Shown: positions 30,404-40,173, numbered from the stretch's first letter. The stretch: 64,000 nt of DNA from a virus (IMGVR_UViG_3300034102_002786:18413-82412); one strand, 5' to 3'. Numbers and translations are program-made. Notes: generated from the letters alone by a model not told the origin.

Positions 30404-31030
30404 ATGTTAAAGAAAGCAAACGAAAACGAAGTAATTGATTCCTTTGAGAAGAAGAAAAGGATTAGAGATGCGGCTAAATACTATGGCCTGTTTTTAGAAT
30501 CATTAGGATTTGATTATGAGGCTGACCCACAAACGGTAGAAACTCCTTTGAGGGTAGCTAAAGCTTGGGTAGAGGATTTGGTTAAAGGGAGTATGACACA
30601 TGCACCAAATATAACTGTATTTCCAAATGAGGAAGGTTATGATGGTATAGTAATTCAGACTGGTATTAAGGTGAACTCAATGTGCGCTCACCATAACTTA
30701 CCTTTCTATGGATATGCAGCTGTAGCTTATCTGCCCGAAAAGAATGTAATAGGATTGAGTAAGTTGAATAGAGTTGTAGATTGGTTTAGTAGAAGGCCAC
30801 AAATGCAGGAATCGCTTACACAACAAATACACAAATACCTTAGTGATAAATTGGAATGTGAGCATGTGGCGGTATCAATCAGCGGACATCACCTTTGTTG
30901 TGGTATGAGAGGTGTACAACATCCTGATTCCTTAATGACTACCAATAAATTTAGTGGTAGGTTTTTGGAAAAGGATAATTTGGTGAGAGAAGAATTTATG
31001 AACGCTATAAAAATGAATAAACTTAATTAA
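30404..31030 (+). CDS. folE: GTP cyclohydrolase I
   Basis: SMCAHHNLPFYG catalytic motif (CEHH-type) and GLSKLNRVVDWFSRRPQMQE. Confidence 0.85.
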   Translation: MLKKANENEVIDSFEKKKRIRDAAKYYGLFLESLGFDYEADPQTVETPLRVAKAWVEDLVKGSMTHAPNITVFPNEEGYDGIVIQTGIKVNSMCAHHNLPFYGYAAVAYLPEKNVIGLSKLNRVVDWFSRRPQMQESLTQQIHKYLSDKLECEHVAVSISGHHLCCGMRGVQHPDSLMTTNKFSGRFLEKDNLVREEFMNAIKMNKLN

Positions 31031-31031
31031 T

Positions 31032-31202
31032 ATGAGTAAGGATACAACAAAAGACTGGATGGATAAGTTAGTGAAGAACTATCGCATACCAGAGGAAGCA
31101 CCAAAGGAAAATAAAGAACCTGCAAGGTTATTAAAAGAGTCCCAACTTCGTATCATTATGGAGAGGGATAAAAAAGATTTAGTAAACAAAAAAAATAAAT
31201 AA
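31032..31202 (+). CDS. small hypothetical protein (56 aa)
   Basis: Hand-translated MSKDTTKDWMDKLVKNYRIPEE...; packed between folE and the next gene. Confidence 0.3.
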   Translation: MSKDTTKDWMDKLVKNYRIPEEAPKENKEPARLLKESQLRIIMERDKKDLVNKKNK

Positions 31203-31203
31203 A

Positions 31204-31548
31204 ATGATAAATTTTTTAAAAAAGTACAAAGAACAAATCTTTAATGTGATTACCATATTTTTGATTTTAGAATTCGCAATTTATCCCGGTCTTACAACTG
31301 CTAATACATTTTCAAATATAATGGCAGGTATTGGATTATTGCTATTAATTATTTGGGGTGGTTTGGCACTTTATTCTTATGTAACATCTGATAAAGGTGG
31401 GATAGTTGATAAAGAGGAATTGAAGGAAGCTGAACAAATGGTTAAAGAAAACCCAAAGAAAAGAAATCCTAAACAATTTGATGGTGTTAAGAGTGATGAA
31501 CCTTTTGTAAAGACTAGAAAAAAATCAGTAACTAAAAAAACAAAGTAA
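31204..31548 (+). CDS. membrane protein (two TM helices)
   Basis: Hydrophobic N-terminal half. Confidence 0.45.
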   Translation: MINFLKKYKEQIFNVITIFLILEFAIYPGLTTANTFSNIMAGIGLLLLIIWGGLALYSYVTSDKGGIVDKEELKEAEQMVKENPKKRNPKQFDGVKSDEPFVKTRKKSVTKKTK

Positions 31549-31549
31549 T

Positions 31550-32473
31550 ATGGAATCAATGAGTGAAAGATTTGCACGTTTGGAAAGAGAACGTGACGAA
31601 GAACTTAAACAATATAAATTAGAACAACAATTAAAAATTAAAAAGATGACAAAAATTATTGGTGGTAGTGTTATAGGATTATTCCTAATGGTATTCCTTT
31701 TCAAATCTTGTGAAAGAATTGATGCAGGACATGTGGGTGTTAAAGTAAACCTTTATGGTGATAACAAAGGTGTAAGTGATGTGACTGAAGTAACTGGTAT
31801 GGTATTCTATAATCCAATTACGCATAGCATCTATGAGTTCCCAACGTTTATTCAACACAAAGAATATACAGGTGATAATTCATTCGTAGTAAATAGTAAA
31901 GATGGTAGTGAGTTCCATGTATCACCAATCATTAACTATTCAGTAAAGAGAGAGAAAGTTCCGGCAATCTTCGCTAAATATCGTAGAAGTTTGGACCAAA
32001 TAGAAGAAGGTTTTTTAAAGACAGCTGTATTTGATGCCTTCCGTTTGGCAACTAACGTTTATACTGCTGATGAATTAATTAGTAATAGACAGAAGTTTGA
32101 AATAGAAGTTCGTAGAATATTAGAAGGACAGTTATTAGCAGAAGGATTTGTAGTTAATCAATTCACATCTAACTTAGTATATCCCGAAACATTCAAAACA
32201 GCTATTGAAGCTAAGAATAACGCAGTACAATCGGCATTGATGGCTGAGAATAAAGTTAAGCAAGCAGAAGCTGAAGCTAAGATTAAAGTAGCAACTGCAG
32301 AAGGTAATGCACAGGCACTAATTACTTCCGCTAAAGCTGAAGCTGAAGCAAATAGGATGAAACAGCAAACATTGACACCGTTACTTATTCAATTGGAATA
32401 TGTACAAAAATGGGATGGTAAATTGCCGGTATATGGCGAAGTTCCACAATTGTTCAGAAACATCCAAAAATAA
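31550..32473 (+). CDS. SPFH/band-7 (prohibitin/HflKC-like) domain protein
   Basis: N-terminal TM helix, an SPFH-like core (HVGVKVNLYG...) and a C-terminal Ala/Glu-rich coiled coil. Confidence 0.55.
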   Translation: MESMSERFARLERERDEELKQYKLEQQLKIKKMTKIIGGSVIGLFLMVFLFKSCERIDAGHVGVKVNLYGDNKGVSDVTEVTGMVFYNPITHSIYEFPTFIQHKEYTGDNSFVVNSKDGSEFHVSPIINYSVKREKVPAIFAKYRRSLDQIEEGFLKTAVFDAFRLATNVYTADELISNRQKFEIEVRRILEGQLLAEGFVVNQFTSNLVYPETFKTAIEAKNNAVQSALMAENKVKQAEAEAKIKVATAEGNAQALITSAKAEAEANRMKQQTLTPLLIQLEYVQKWDGKLPVYGEVPQLFRNIQK

Positions 32474-32483
32474 ATTTTTAGAG

Positions 32484-32510
32484 AAAGTCTTGGTAATTCC
32501 AAGACTTTTT
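32484..32510 (+). terminator. rho-independent terminator overlapping the next promoter
   Basis: AAGTCTTGG-taatt-CCAAGACTT is a 9-bp perfect stem followed by TTTTT. Confidence 0.6.
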
Positions 32511-32522
32511 CGTATATTTGTA
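32489..32522 (+). promoter_or_regulatory. Bacteroidetes-type promoter (-7 TATATTTG at 32513-32520)
   Basis: The -33 TTGG lies in the terminator stem, 20 nt upstream of TATATTTG. Confidence 0.5.
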
Positions 32523-32533
32523 TAGTTAATTAA

Positions 32534-32830
32534 TTGTTCAACCTTAAAAGGCATAAAATGAAAACCTTTAAAGATTTAGATTTTAAACCACACCCAAATA
32601 CAGGGCATCTTGGTGGGGTTCAGGCTCGTATCACATTTGATAATGGATATGGTGCATCAATTGTTCAAACCGAATTTAGTTATGGTGGTAAGGATGGTTT
32701 GTATGAGTTAGCAGTGTTCGGTAAGAATGGACATATTACATACGATACTCCAATTACAAATGATGTGTTGGGTTATCTGAAAGCAGAAGAAGTATCTAAA
32801 ATTATGGAACAAATTCAATTGTTGAAATAA
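32534..32830 (+). CDS. hypothetical protein
   Basis: 98-aa ORF downstream of the promoter. Confidence 0.5.
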   Translation: MFNLKRHKMKTFKDLDFKPHPNTGHLGGVQARITFDNGYGASIVQTEFSYGGKDGLYELAVFGKNGHITYDTPITNDVLGYLKAEEVSKIMEQIQLLK

Positions 32831-33255
32831 TGCAACCAACAAAGTATCCCGAAGCAGCAGCATTTGTACCCGGTAGAAGAAAATATTGTAGACGAAAAGT
32901 AAAGGATATGCGATTTGAAATGGCTACACGTAAATCCGGCAGAGATGGTATAAGTGATTCTCAATTCCAACACATATTAGGTAAGTTGCAGGCAGCTGGT
33001 CACTTAAAGATTGAAGGGTTTACTAACTTCAATGTTACTAAAGAAGTTTTTGAACCTATGGCGAATGTGCCGGGTAGTGGTGGACATGTTGATAAATACA
33101 CAATCAGTTTTAAGAGTAGTATGGGTGAGAATATGAAAGGTAATAGACCTCATTTAAAAGGATACTTAACTTCGGCATCTGATAATGATAAAGAGTATAA
33201 GTTAAAGGGATGGTTCAATGAAGATGGGACTATTCGATTGTTAATAACAAATTAA
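32830..33255 (+). CDS. hypothetical protein
   Basis: 141-aa ORF. Confidence 0.5.
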   Translation: MQPTKYPEAAAFVPGRRKYCRRKVKDMRFEMATRKSGRDGISDSQFQHILGKLQAAGHLKIEGFTNFNVTKEVFEPMANVPGSGGHVDKYTISFKSSMGENMKGNRPHLKGYLTSASDNDKEYKLKGWFNEDGTIRLLITN

Positions 33256-33259
33256 TTAT

Positions 33260-33751
33260 ATGGGATATAATCCATTTAGATGGTGGACTAAAGGTAGACC
33301 AAACAAACCACTTAAAGCAGATACTCCATTGTTGTTAAAGATAAGGAATGGTGACTTTGATTATTCGTATATGTTCAATGAAGCTAAAGGGATGAGAGAA
33401 ACTGCTACCAAAGCTTATGAACAAACATATAAGAACTATGGTGGAACTGACCAAAAGAATAGGGAACAGGCTGCATTGGAAGCCAGTAGAATGAAAAGAG
33501 TGAAAGCTATTAAGTTGGAGTTGGAAGCAGCTAGAGATGAGGAAATCATATTATGGAAGTTGAGGACGGAATTAAAGAAGGAATTTGGAAAGGATTTGTG
33601 GGATAAAGCTATGGAAAGACAAAGAGGAAAAGGTACATTAGAGGATTTGTATGAATGGTATAGGAAAAACAGCAAAGTGAAAAATCCGCAATCTATACAG
33701 GATATTCAGTTGAGGAAACCGAATACCAAAGGGTTGGAATATTTATTCTAA
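33260..33751 (+). CDS. hypothetical protein
   Basis: 163-aa ORF. Confidence 0.5.
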   Translation: MGYNPFRWWTKGRPNKPLKADTPLLLKIRNGDFDYSYMFNEAKGMRETATKAYEQTYKNYGGTDQKNREQAALEASRMKRVKAIKLELEAARDEEIILWKLRTELKKEFGKDLWDKAMERQRGKGTLEDLYEWYRKNSKVKNPQSIQDIQLRKPNTKGLEYLF

Positions 33752-33767
33752 CAAAAGATACCGTACT

Positions 33768-33962
33768 ATGAACAACTTAATCAAATTACAGTCCTTAAAT
33801 GTATGGGCTGACGAAACTGGAGTTTATCAATCAAATGATGATGGAACGCCAAATGTAGAAGATAAAAAATTATATAGTGATATAAATCCGGAGTGGTTTC
33901 AAAACTTATCTTCGGAAGATAAAGAGCAAATTTCAATTATTATTAAAAACAAAAACAACTAA
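33768..33962 (+). CDS. hypothetical protein
   Basis: 64-aa ORF. Confidence 0.4.
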   Translation: MNNLIKLQSLNVWADETGVYQSNDDGTPNVEDKKLYSDINPEWFQNLSSEDKEQISIIIKNKNN

Positions 33963-33971
33963 AAAACAGTT

Positions 33972-34247
33972 ATGGAAATCGTAAAGAGCAGATTCGGACA
34001 TGAGAGAAGTATTGAAAGAATCAATCTAAACAAAGTTAGAGTGTTAGGAGAATCGCAGTTTGTTCGTAAATCTCAAAATAAGAATGGGGATATGACCCTA
34101 TTTGATTTTGAAGGTGGACCGGCTTACACTTTAGGTGGTAAGTTAAACTTCGAAAAAATGTTGTGGAAGATTAGAGGCATTGAACCAAAGGATAGTGGGT
34201 ACAAAGACCTTTATGAGGTTATACTATATATAGACCCAATTTATTAA
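33972..34247 (+). CDS. hypothetical protein
   Basis: 91-aa ORF. Confidence 0.45.
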   Translation: MEIVKSRFGHERSIERINLNKVRVLGESQFVRKSQNKNGDMTLFDFEGGPAYTLGGKLNFEKMLWKIRGIEPKDSGYKDLYEVILYIDPIY

Positions 34248-34249
34248 TT

Positions 34250-34438
34250 ATGGAATTAGAACCATTACAACAAATTCAGATAGATAAGTTAAATGAACTT
34301 ATAGCATCTCAATCATTACAACCAACGCCGGAGCAATTAGGAAGAAAAGTATTTAATGCCCAAACAGGTGAATTACAATTATATGTAGATAATGGTAATG
34401 GTGGTGTAAGATTGGCATCGGTGAATTTGTTCGAATAA
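34250..34438 (+). CDS. hypothetical protein
   Basis: 62-aa ORF. Confidence 0.4.
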   Translation: MELEPLQQIQIDKLNELIASQSLQPTPEQLGRKVFNAQTGELQLYVDNGNGGVRLASVNLFE

Positions 34439-34482
34439 CGAATCCGAAGGATGAGTCGTTATGGAAAATTTCTTGATAGTTT

Positions 34483-35139
34483 ATGCCAAGACCAAATAAA
34501 TGTGTTGTTATCCAAGGAACGTATGAAAATAAAGAATCCGTAAAGAAAATAAGGAATTCTTTTTTACTATCCGGTGATTACCAAATCATTTGGTCAACTT
34601 GGAATTATATACCTAAAGATTGGTTTTATCCAAGTGAGATTGTAATTCAAAATAATCCACCATCTCACTCCGGACACGCCAACTACAATTACCAAAAGAT
34701 TTCTACAATCAATGGTATGATGAAAGCAATGGAGTTGGGATATAAAAGGGCTATAAAGTGGAGAAGTGATATGATACCAACCAATCCATTTAAATTATAT
34801 GAATTGTTTGGTGATGGGTTAAACATATATTTTTGGGTTAATTCTGAAATGGGATATGTGGCTGATTTTGTATTTGAGGGTGAATGTGAAGATATTATAA
34901 AAATATTTTCGCCGGAAGACGGACATAAAGAGAAATTAATTTTTCCGGAACATTCTATAACCCGTCAAATTTATAGGAATGAATTAAATTTTAAAACACA
35001 AACGTTTGGGCAGAATTTAACAAATGAAAATGATATATTTTGGATAAAACGAAATTATCATTTATCAGAGAATAAAAACCACCCATCTTTGTATTTTACT
35101 AGGATACCATTAAATTGGAAAGCGTATCCATTAATTTAA
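34483..35139 (+). CDS. member 3 of the paralog family (with 24358 and 25571)
   Basis: VVIQGTYENKE...IIWSTWNY and NYNYQKISTINGM match IIVQGRISQE...ISTWVDNQ and NLNYQLISTINAL of the 24358 protein. Confidence 0.5.
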   Translation: MPRPNKCVVIQGTYENKESVKKIRNSFLLSGDYQIIWSTWNYIPKDWFYPSEIVIQNNPPSHSGHANYNYQKISTINGMMKAMELGYKRAIKWRSDMIPTNPFKLYELFGDGLNIYFWVNSEMGYVADFVFEGECEDIIKIFSPEDGHKEKLIFPEHSITRQIYRNELNFKTQTFGQNLTNENDIFWIKRNYHLSENKNHPSLYFTRIPLNWKAYPLI

Positions 35140-35261
35140 ACTTTCCAATATTTAAGGGTATGAAACTTATACTCTTAAAATTAGAAGCAACATTCATAGC
35201 ATTCGGCCTTGCTATGTATGAGTATTGGAAAAATCAAAGGCCGTATTAAAAACTAAAAATT

Positions 35262-35660
35262 ATGGCATACGGAGAAAAGGTCATTGACCATTATCAAAAC
35301 CCCCGTAATGTTGGTACGTTGGATAAGAGTAAACCAACGGTGGGGACTGGGTTAGTTGGGGCGCCCGAATGTGGTGATGTAATGAGGCTCCAAATCCAAA
35401 TCGAAGATGGTATCATAACGGATGCCAAATTCAAAACTTTCGGATGTGGCTCGGCAATCGCAGCCAGTTCCTTAGCAACTGAATGGTTAAAGGGAAAGAG
35501 TGTAGATGAGGCGGCTAAGTTGGATAATATGGATTTAGTTGAGGAATTATCTCTACCACCTGTAAAGATACATTGTTCGGTATTGGCGCAGGATGCAGTT
35601 CAAGCCGCTATCAATGATTACCGAACAAAAAACGGATTAGAACCAATTAAATTTGATTAA
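35262..35660 (+). CDS. iscU: Fe-S cluster assembly scaffold IscU/NifU-like
   Basis: Full-length match to IscU: NPRNVG, GAPECGDVMRLQI, FKTFGCGSAIASSS and LPPVKIHCSVLA. Confidence 0.9.
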   Translation: MAYGEKVIDHYQNPRNVGTLDKSKPTVGTGLVGAPECGDVMRLQIQIEDGIITDAKFKTFGCGSAIAASSLATEWLKGKSVDEAAKLDNMDLVEELSLPPVKIHCSVLAQDAVQAAINDYRTKNGLEPIKFD

Positions 35661-35970
35661 TATGAAAAAGTTATTGAACTGGTTAAGGAGTATATTCGGC
35701 CAAAAAGTAGGTGCTGAGTTACACATTTATTCTATTAAGTGGGAGAAACCTTTGGATGGAACGCAGATTAGGGCGGTTATTAATACGATGATAAATTATT
35801 TCCCACCTAATTGTAAACCGAGTAGTATAACCACAACATCATCATCTACATCTTTTAATTTTTATTCAACCTGCCTAAGTGGACAGCAATTAAAAGATAT
35901 TGGTGAAAAGGCTGTAAGTGGGGCTAAGGTTCAATCGGTTTGGTTAGATGGAACTCAAATTTTACCATAA
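35653..35970 (+). CDS. hypothetical protein
   Basis: 105-aa ORF. Confidence 0.45.
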   Translation: MINMKKLLNWLRSIFGQKVGAELHIYSIKWEKPLDGTQIRAVINTMINYFPPNCKPSSITTTSSSTSFNFYSTCLSGQQLKDIGEKAVSGAKVQSVWLDGTQILP

Positions 35971-36167
35971 TGGAAGATAAGATAGAAATAAACGATGGAC
36001 ACTATTTGGAGTTATTAGATAGATTACACGTTATAATGTGTAACTTAAATGACCATTGTTTGGAACACCCATTGGCTCAATCTGATGAAGAAATAAAATT
36101 CAAAATAGAATACGCATTAGGACAAGTCTGGGATGCGTATCAAATGGTTGGAAGTAAAACAAAATAA
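35970..36167 (+). CDS. hypothetical protein
   Basis: Start moved to the internal ATG after the upstream stop. Confidence 0.4.
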   Translation: MEDKIEINDGHYLELLDRLHVIMCNLNDHCLEHPLAQSDEEIKFKIEYALGQVWDAYQMVGSKTK

Positions 36168-36168
36168 T

Positions 36169-36348
36169 ATGAAAAAATTATTTAGAAGTACAACAGATAG
36201 TAGAATAGGTGGAGTGTGTGGTGGTATCGCCGAATATACAAATAGTGACCCAACAATTTGGAGATTACTTTTTTTGGCATTAATATGTGCTCCATTCCCT
36301 ATGATTTTTATGTACTGTTTGGCGTGGATTATTATACCTAAAAAATAA
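36169..36348 (+). CDS. PspC-domain membrane protein
   Basis: RSTTDSRIGGVCGGIAEYTNSDPTIWRLLF followed by a TM helix is the PspC domain signature. Start at the internal ATG. Confidence 0.7.
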   Translation: MKKLFRSTTDSRIGGVCGGIAEYTNSDPTIWRLLFLALICAPFPMIFMYCLAWIIIPKK

Positions 36349-36352
36349 AATT

Positions 36353-36622
36353 ATGAAAGAGTTTATTGCAAAGTATCAGAAAGCAATTGTAGGAACGGGA
36401 GCCGTATCGGTACTCCTTATATGTTTCTTACAACAAAAGGAATTAAGTAAGTTAAGAGCTGAAGTTAAAGTACAAACAGCAGCTGCTGACTCACTTCATA
36501 ATGAAAACTTCCCTTGCCAAATTGAGTTAGGTAGATACCAAATTGCGTATCAAATCCTATTGGAAAGAAATCCAAAAGCGGCCAAAGAGTATGGTGATAT
36601 AATATCTGAAGAAACTGAATAA
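36353..36622 (+). CDS. hypothetical membrane-anchored protein
   Basis: 89-aa ORF with an N-terminal TM helix. Confidence 0.45.
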   Translation: MKEFIAKYQKAIVGTGAVSVLLICFLQQKELSKLRAEVKVQTAAADSLHNENFPCQIELGRYQIAYQILLERNPKAAKEYGDIISEETE

Positions 36623-36624
36623 TT

Positions 36625-36954
36625 ATGGTAACACTACAACCTAAAGCATTAGAACACATAATCCAATTAATGAAGGAAGGTGGTTTAACGTCTGATACTC
36701 ATAACTTACGAGTTGGTATCAAAGGTGGTGGATGTAGTGGGTTATCTTATACAATGGATTTCGATGATAAGATAGAACCTACTGATGAAGTGGTAGAGGC
36801 TGATGGATTGAAAGTAGTAATTGATAGAAAGAGTTTACTATATCTTTATGGTACTCAATTGACATATTCAGATGGATTAAATGGTAAAGGATTTCAATGG
36901 GAGAATCCAAACGCATCTCGAACTTGTGGATGTGGTGAATCGTTTTCACTATGA
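36625..36954 (+). CDS. iscA: Fe-S cluster insertion/carrier protein, IscA/ErpA/HesB family
   Basis: GGGCSGLSY and the C-terminal [14 protein letters not shown] are the HesB signatures. Confidence 0.9.
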   Translation: MVTLQPKALEHIIQLMKEGGLTSDTHNLRVGIKGGGCSGLSYTMDFDDKIEPTDEVVEADGLKVVIDRKSLLYLYGTQLTYSDGLNGKGFQWENPNASRTCGCGESFSL

Positions 36955-37315
36955 TGAAGTTCTTTCTCAAATTAGCAACTATACTTTTGTTATTGGGAGT
37001 TATAATTTTTGTAATACCATTGGCTATATTTATTAATATAGTAATGCTATTGGATTCATATATTACCCAAATATATCGTTATTATAAAAGAAAAAGATAA
37101 TTATTAGTAAAAATTTTAATATGTCATTAACTAAGAAACAAAAGAAAGTAAGAAGGCGTAATCAGTTAGCAAAAAAGACCCGTAAAATGTTGTTTAAAAA
37201 GGGGTTATTTGGAAAAAAATGCTAATCTAATATAAGAATACTCAAAGACTTGCATGCCATGCGGGAGACACCCTTAAAATTGCTCTAAAAGCGTTTTAAG
37301 ACCCACTTTAACCCA

Positions 37316-37351
37316 TTGAAAATCAACTGATTATAACTCGTTGAAAATCAA
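37316..37351. promoter_or_regulatory. two operator-like sites (TTGAaaaTCAA at 37316-37326 and 37341-37351) in a larger inverted repeat
   Basis: aacCCATTGAAAATCAActgattataactcgTTGAAAATCAATGGGtt. Confidence 0.45.
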
Positions 37352-37359
37352 TGGGTTAT

Positions 37360-37400
37360 TTATTTGATTTATTCCAAAAAAATTCGTATATTTGTATATT
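37360..37400 (+). promoter_or_regulatory. Bacteroidetes-type promoter (-33 TTTG at 37363-37366, -7 TATATTTG at 37387-37394)
   Basis: 20-nt spacer; sits immediately downstream of the operator pair. Confidence 0.55.
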
Positions 37401-37410
37401 ATAAAAAGTT

Positions 37411-37935
37411 ATGAGACGTAAAATTATATTCATAGATGTAGATGGCCCATTGGCTTGGGCAACTTGGAATGATGGCAAGGTTACTATCAAAGGTGGACCG
37501 GAAGACTTTACAATACCATACCCTTGGGTTAAAGAAGATTGTGAAGCACTACAAAAAATATGCGATGAAACAAACGCTGAGTTAGTACTTAGTTCAGATT
37601 GGAAAAAACATTTCACATTCAATCAGATGAAACACATTTTCTGGCACTATGGAATTACCGCACATTTGGTTGATATAACCACACATCAGGACTTATGGCA
37701 CAAAATGAGTAGACCATCCATAGACCACGAAAGAGCATTAGAAGTTGCTAAGTGGGCTAAAGATAATAAGATAACAAATTGGATTGCTATTGATGACCTT
37801 CGTTTAGGTGAGCAATTCAAATGGTTATCACCCAAAGTTCCAATGTGGAGGCATGTGGCAGTTGATGGTGATTGGGGGCAAGGTGGTAGATTGCGAGATA
37901 AGGTAGAAGAATGTATAACAAAACTAAACCGATAA
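37411..37935 (+). CDS. HAD-like hydrolase (putative nucleotidase/phosphatase)
   Basis: IIFIDVDGPLA is HAD motif I. Confidence 0.4.
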   Translation: MRRKIIFIDVDGPLAWATWNDGKVTIKGGPEDFTIPYPWVKEDCEALQKICDETNAELVLSSDWKKHFTFNQMKHIFWHYGITAHLVDITTHQDLWHKMSRPSIDHERALEVAKWAKDNKITNWIAIDDLRLGEQFKWLSPKVPMWRHVAVDGDWGQGGRLRDKVEECITKLNR

Positions 37936-37937
37936 AA

Positions 37938-39209
37938 ATGAGTAAAAGAGAACAAATATTAGAAAAGGAAAGACAACTTATTAAACTGTTGGAAAGTGAT
38001 ATTATGGTTGATGATGATACACCAGAAGAACTATTAGAAGCAATTAGAGAAGCTTATGATAATGATGAAATTGTAAGTGAGAGAGGCACCAGTCTTGGTG
38101 ATGTAACAACTGGACAACCATATCGTTTGAGTGATGTAGATGATTTTCCATTTGGTACATATATTCAAAACCAAACGGGAAAGATTATCACAAAGCACTT
38201 CCGAATCAGCGATGATTATCAGATTAAGCAAGCACCATTCTTTACGGCAGTTAAAGAAATGGGGTTCACTAGAATTTATGTTAGAGAATTCTATGGACAT
38301 AATAACTATGGTGCTAGTGAAGTATGGGAAAAGAGAAATGGTGGGGTAACTACTCTAATCAATATCTCAAATGTAATTCGTAAATGGAATGGTAAGGTTA
38401 AGAAATCATTCAAAGATAGTATTGGAGTAGATGTTCAGGTATATTCGAATGATGAATCGGAAATATATACCAAATTAGTTGAAAGAATTATCGGATTGGG
38501 TAAGAAACGAAAGCATGAAAGTAATAACATTGCTTTAGTTATTCAAACCCCAAGAGGATATGATACAACTTCGTTTGAATTACCTGACCAAAAGTTAGAT
38601 ATTGAATTGGGATATGGAAAAGGATTCAAACCAATTCACGAAAAGATTATCAACACACTTAACCAAAAGAATGGTAAAGGATTGGTACTCTTACACGGTA
38701 CGCCGGGTACGGGAAAGACTCACTACCTAAAGTATATAGCAAGTAAGATTAAGGATAAGAGAGTTTTATTCATCCCACCTTATTTAGCAGACTTCATTAC
38801 ATCACCTGAGATGACACCATTCCTAATTCAGAATAGTAATTCAATCCTATTCATTGAAGATGCGGAGAGAGTAATTACGGATAGAAACAATGGTGGGGCA
38901 AATGGGGTATCTAATATCCTTAATATTACCGATGGTATCCTAAGTGATATTCTAAAGATTCAGATTGTTGCAACATTCAATATGGATAAAGCTAAGATTG
39001 ATTCGGCATTACTTCGTAAAGGTAGATTGATTGCAGAACATAAGTTCGATGCATTACCTATTGATGATGCTAACAATCTATTGAAACACTTAGGTAAAGA
39101 TTATGTGACAACCAAACCAATGACACTAACTGAAATATATAACATAGGAGAGGAAGAATACAAATCAGAAGATAAGTATTCACCAATCGGATTCAATAAT
39201 AGATATTAA
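37938..39209 (+). CDS. AAA+ family ATPase
   Basis: Walker A LHGTPGTGKTH and Walker B ILFIEDAE. Start set at the ATG after the upstream stop. Confidence 0.7.
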   Translation: MSKREQILEKERQLIKLLESDIMVDDDTPEELLEAIREAYDNDEIVSERGTSLGDVTTGQPYRLSDVDDFPFGTYIQNQTGKIITKHFRISDDYQIKQAPFFTAVKEMGFTRIYVREFYGHNNYGASEVWEKRNGGVTTLINISNVIRKWNGKVKKSFKDSIGVDVQVYSNDESEIYTKLVERIIGLGKKRKHESNNIALVIQTPRGYDTTSFELPDQKLDIELGYGKGFKPIHEKIINTLNQKNGKGLVLLHGTPGTGKTHYLKYIASKIKDKRVLFIPPYLADFITSPEMTPFLIQNSNSILFIEDAERVITDRNNGGANGVSNILNITDGILSDILKIQIVATFNMDKAKIDSALLRKGRLIAEHKFDALPIDDANNLLKHLGKDYVTTKPMTLTEIYNIGEEEYKSEDKYSPIGFNNRY

Positions 39210-39210
39210 T

Positions 39211-39420
39211 ATGAAAGGTTATTACGCTATATATAATCATCGTTCAAACCAATGGCTTTCTCAAGGTGGTACTTGGATGGAAGATACCGATACCTACAAA
39301 GACGTAAATAATGTAAGAAAATTTTCAACACTATCTGATGCGGAATTCTATTTGGTAGGTGGTAGTGTGTATAAGAATGATTATAAAGATTTTTTCACAA
39401 TTCGTAAAATATATTTTTAA
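39211..39420 (+). CDS. hypothetical protein
   Basis: 69-aa ORF. Confidence 0.4.
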   Translation: MKGYYAIYNHRSNQWLSQGGTWMEDTDTYKDVNNVRKFSTLSDAEFYLVGGSVYKNDYKDFFTIRKIYF

Positions 39421-40163
39421 TGTTTGATAAATCAAAACTAATAATATTGGTTACTGGTACAAATATAGAACCTTACGATAAAAATTGGAAGGAATCTGAA
39501 AGAACTTGGATACCCGAATTAAGAAAATTAGGATATAACATAAAGATTTCGATTGGTGTCCCTAGTTTATCAAATTATTATCTTTTAGATAACGATAAAA
39601 TTTATTTTAAAACATATGATACTAAGGATGGTTTGGTTGATAAAAGTATTAAGCTGCCAATAAAATGGATACTTGCAGAAACAAAATATCAATACTATAT
39701 GAGAATTGATTCAGATTCTTTTGTAGCCCCATTAAGATTTGAAAAAATGTTAAATGAAAATTTTATCAAATATGGTGATGTTGATTATATGGGATGTTCT
39801 ATTCCGGTAGATATGTGGTGGGATAAACCACCTATGAGATTCCATATAATGAAAAAAGGAATTTATGCAAGTGGAGCTGCATATTTTCTTTCTAAAAAAG
39901 CTATGATATTGGCAGATAGGGATATGAGAATAGATGATGATAAGGAATTACAATGGGATGATTTGGTTTTGGGGAGAGCTATGTGGGAAAACAATATACC
40001 ACTTTTGCATGATGGTAGAATTTTACTACACTCAAAATATTATATGGGATTTCAATACCCTAACAACGAAGTACCCGATATATCAATACCAAATTCATAT
40101 TTAGCAATTCAACACTATATGAACGGGCATATGGATGAGGCAAAAAATAAATTAGGATTTTAA
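39420..40163 (+). CDS. DxD-motif glycosyltransferase-like protein, paralog A (fringe/beta3GalT-like?)
   Basis: About 50 percent identical to the 41043 product: LVTGTNIEPYDKNWKE vs MVTGTTIEPWDQNWKE, RIDSDSFVAP in both, and the C-terminal LAIQHYMNGHMDEA in both. Confidence 0.45.
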   Translation: MFDKSKLIILVTGTNIEPYDKNWKESERTWIPELRKLGYNIKISIGVPSLSNYYLLDNDKIYFKTYDTKDGLVDKSIKLPIKWILAETKYQYYMRIDSDSFVAPLRFEKMLNENFIKYGDVDYMGCSIPVDMWWDKPPMRFHIMKKGIYASGAAYFLSKKAMILADRDMRIDDDKELQWDDLVLGRAMWENNIPLLHDGRILLHSKYYMGFQYPNNEVPDISIPNSYLAIQHYMNGHMDEAKNKLGF

Positions 40164-40173
40164 AACAAAAAAT

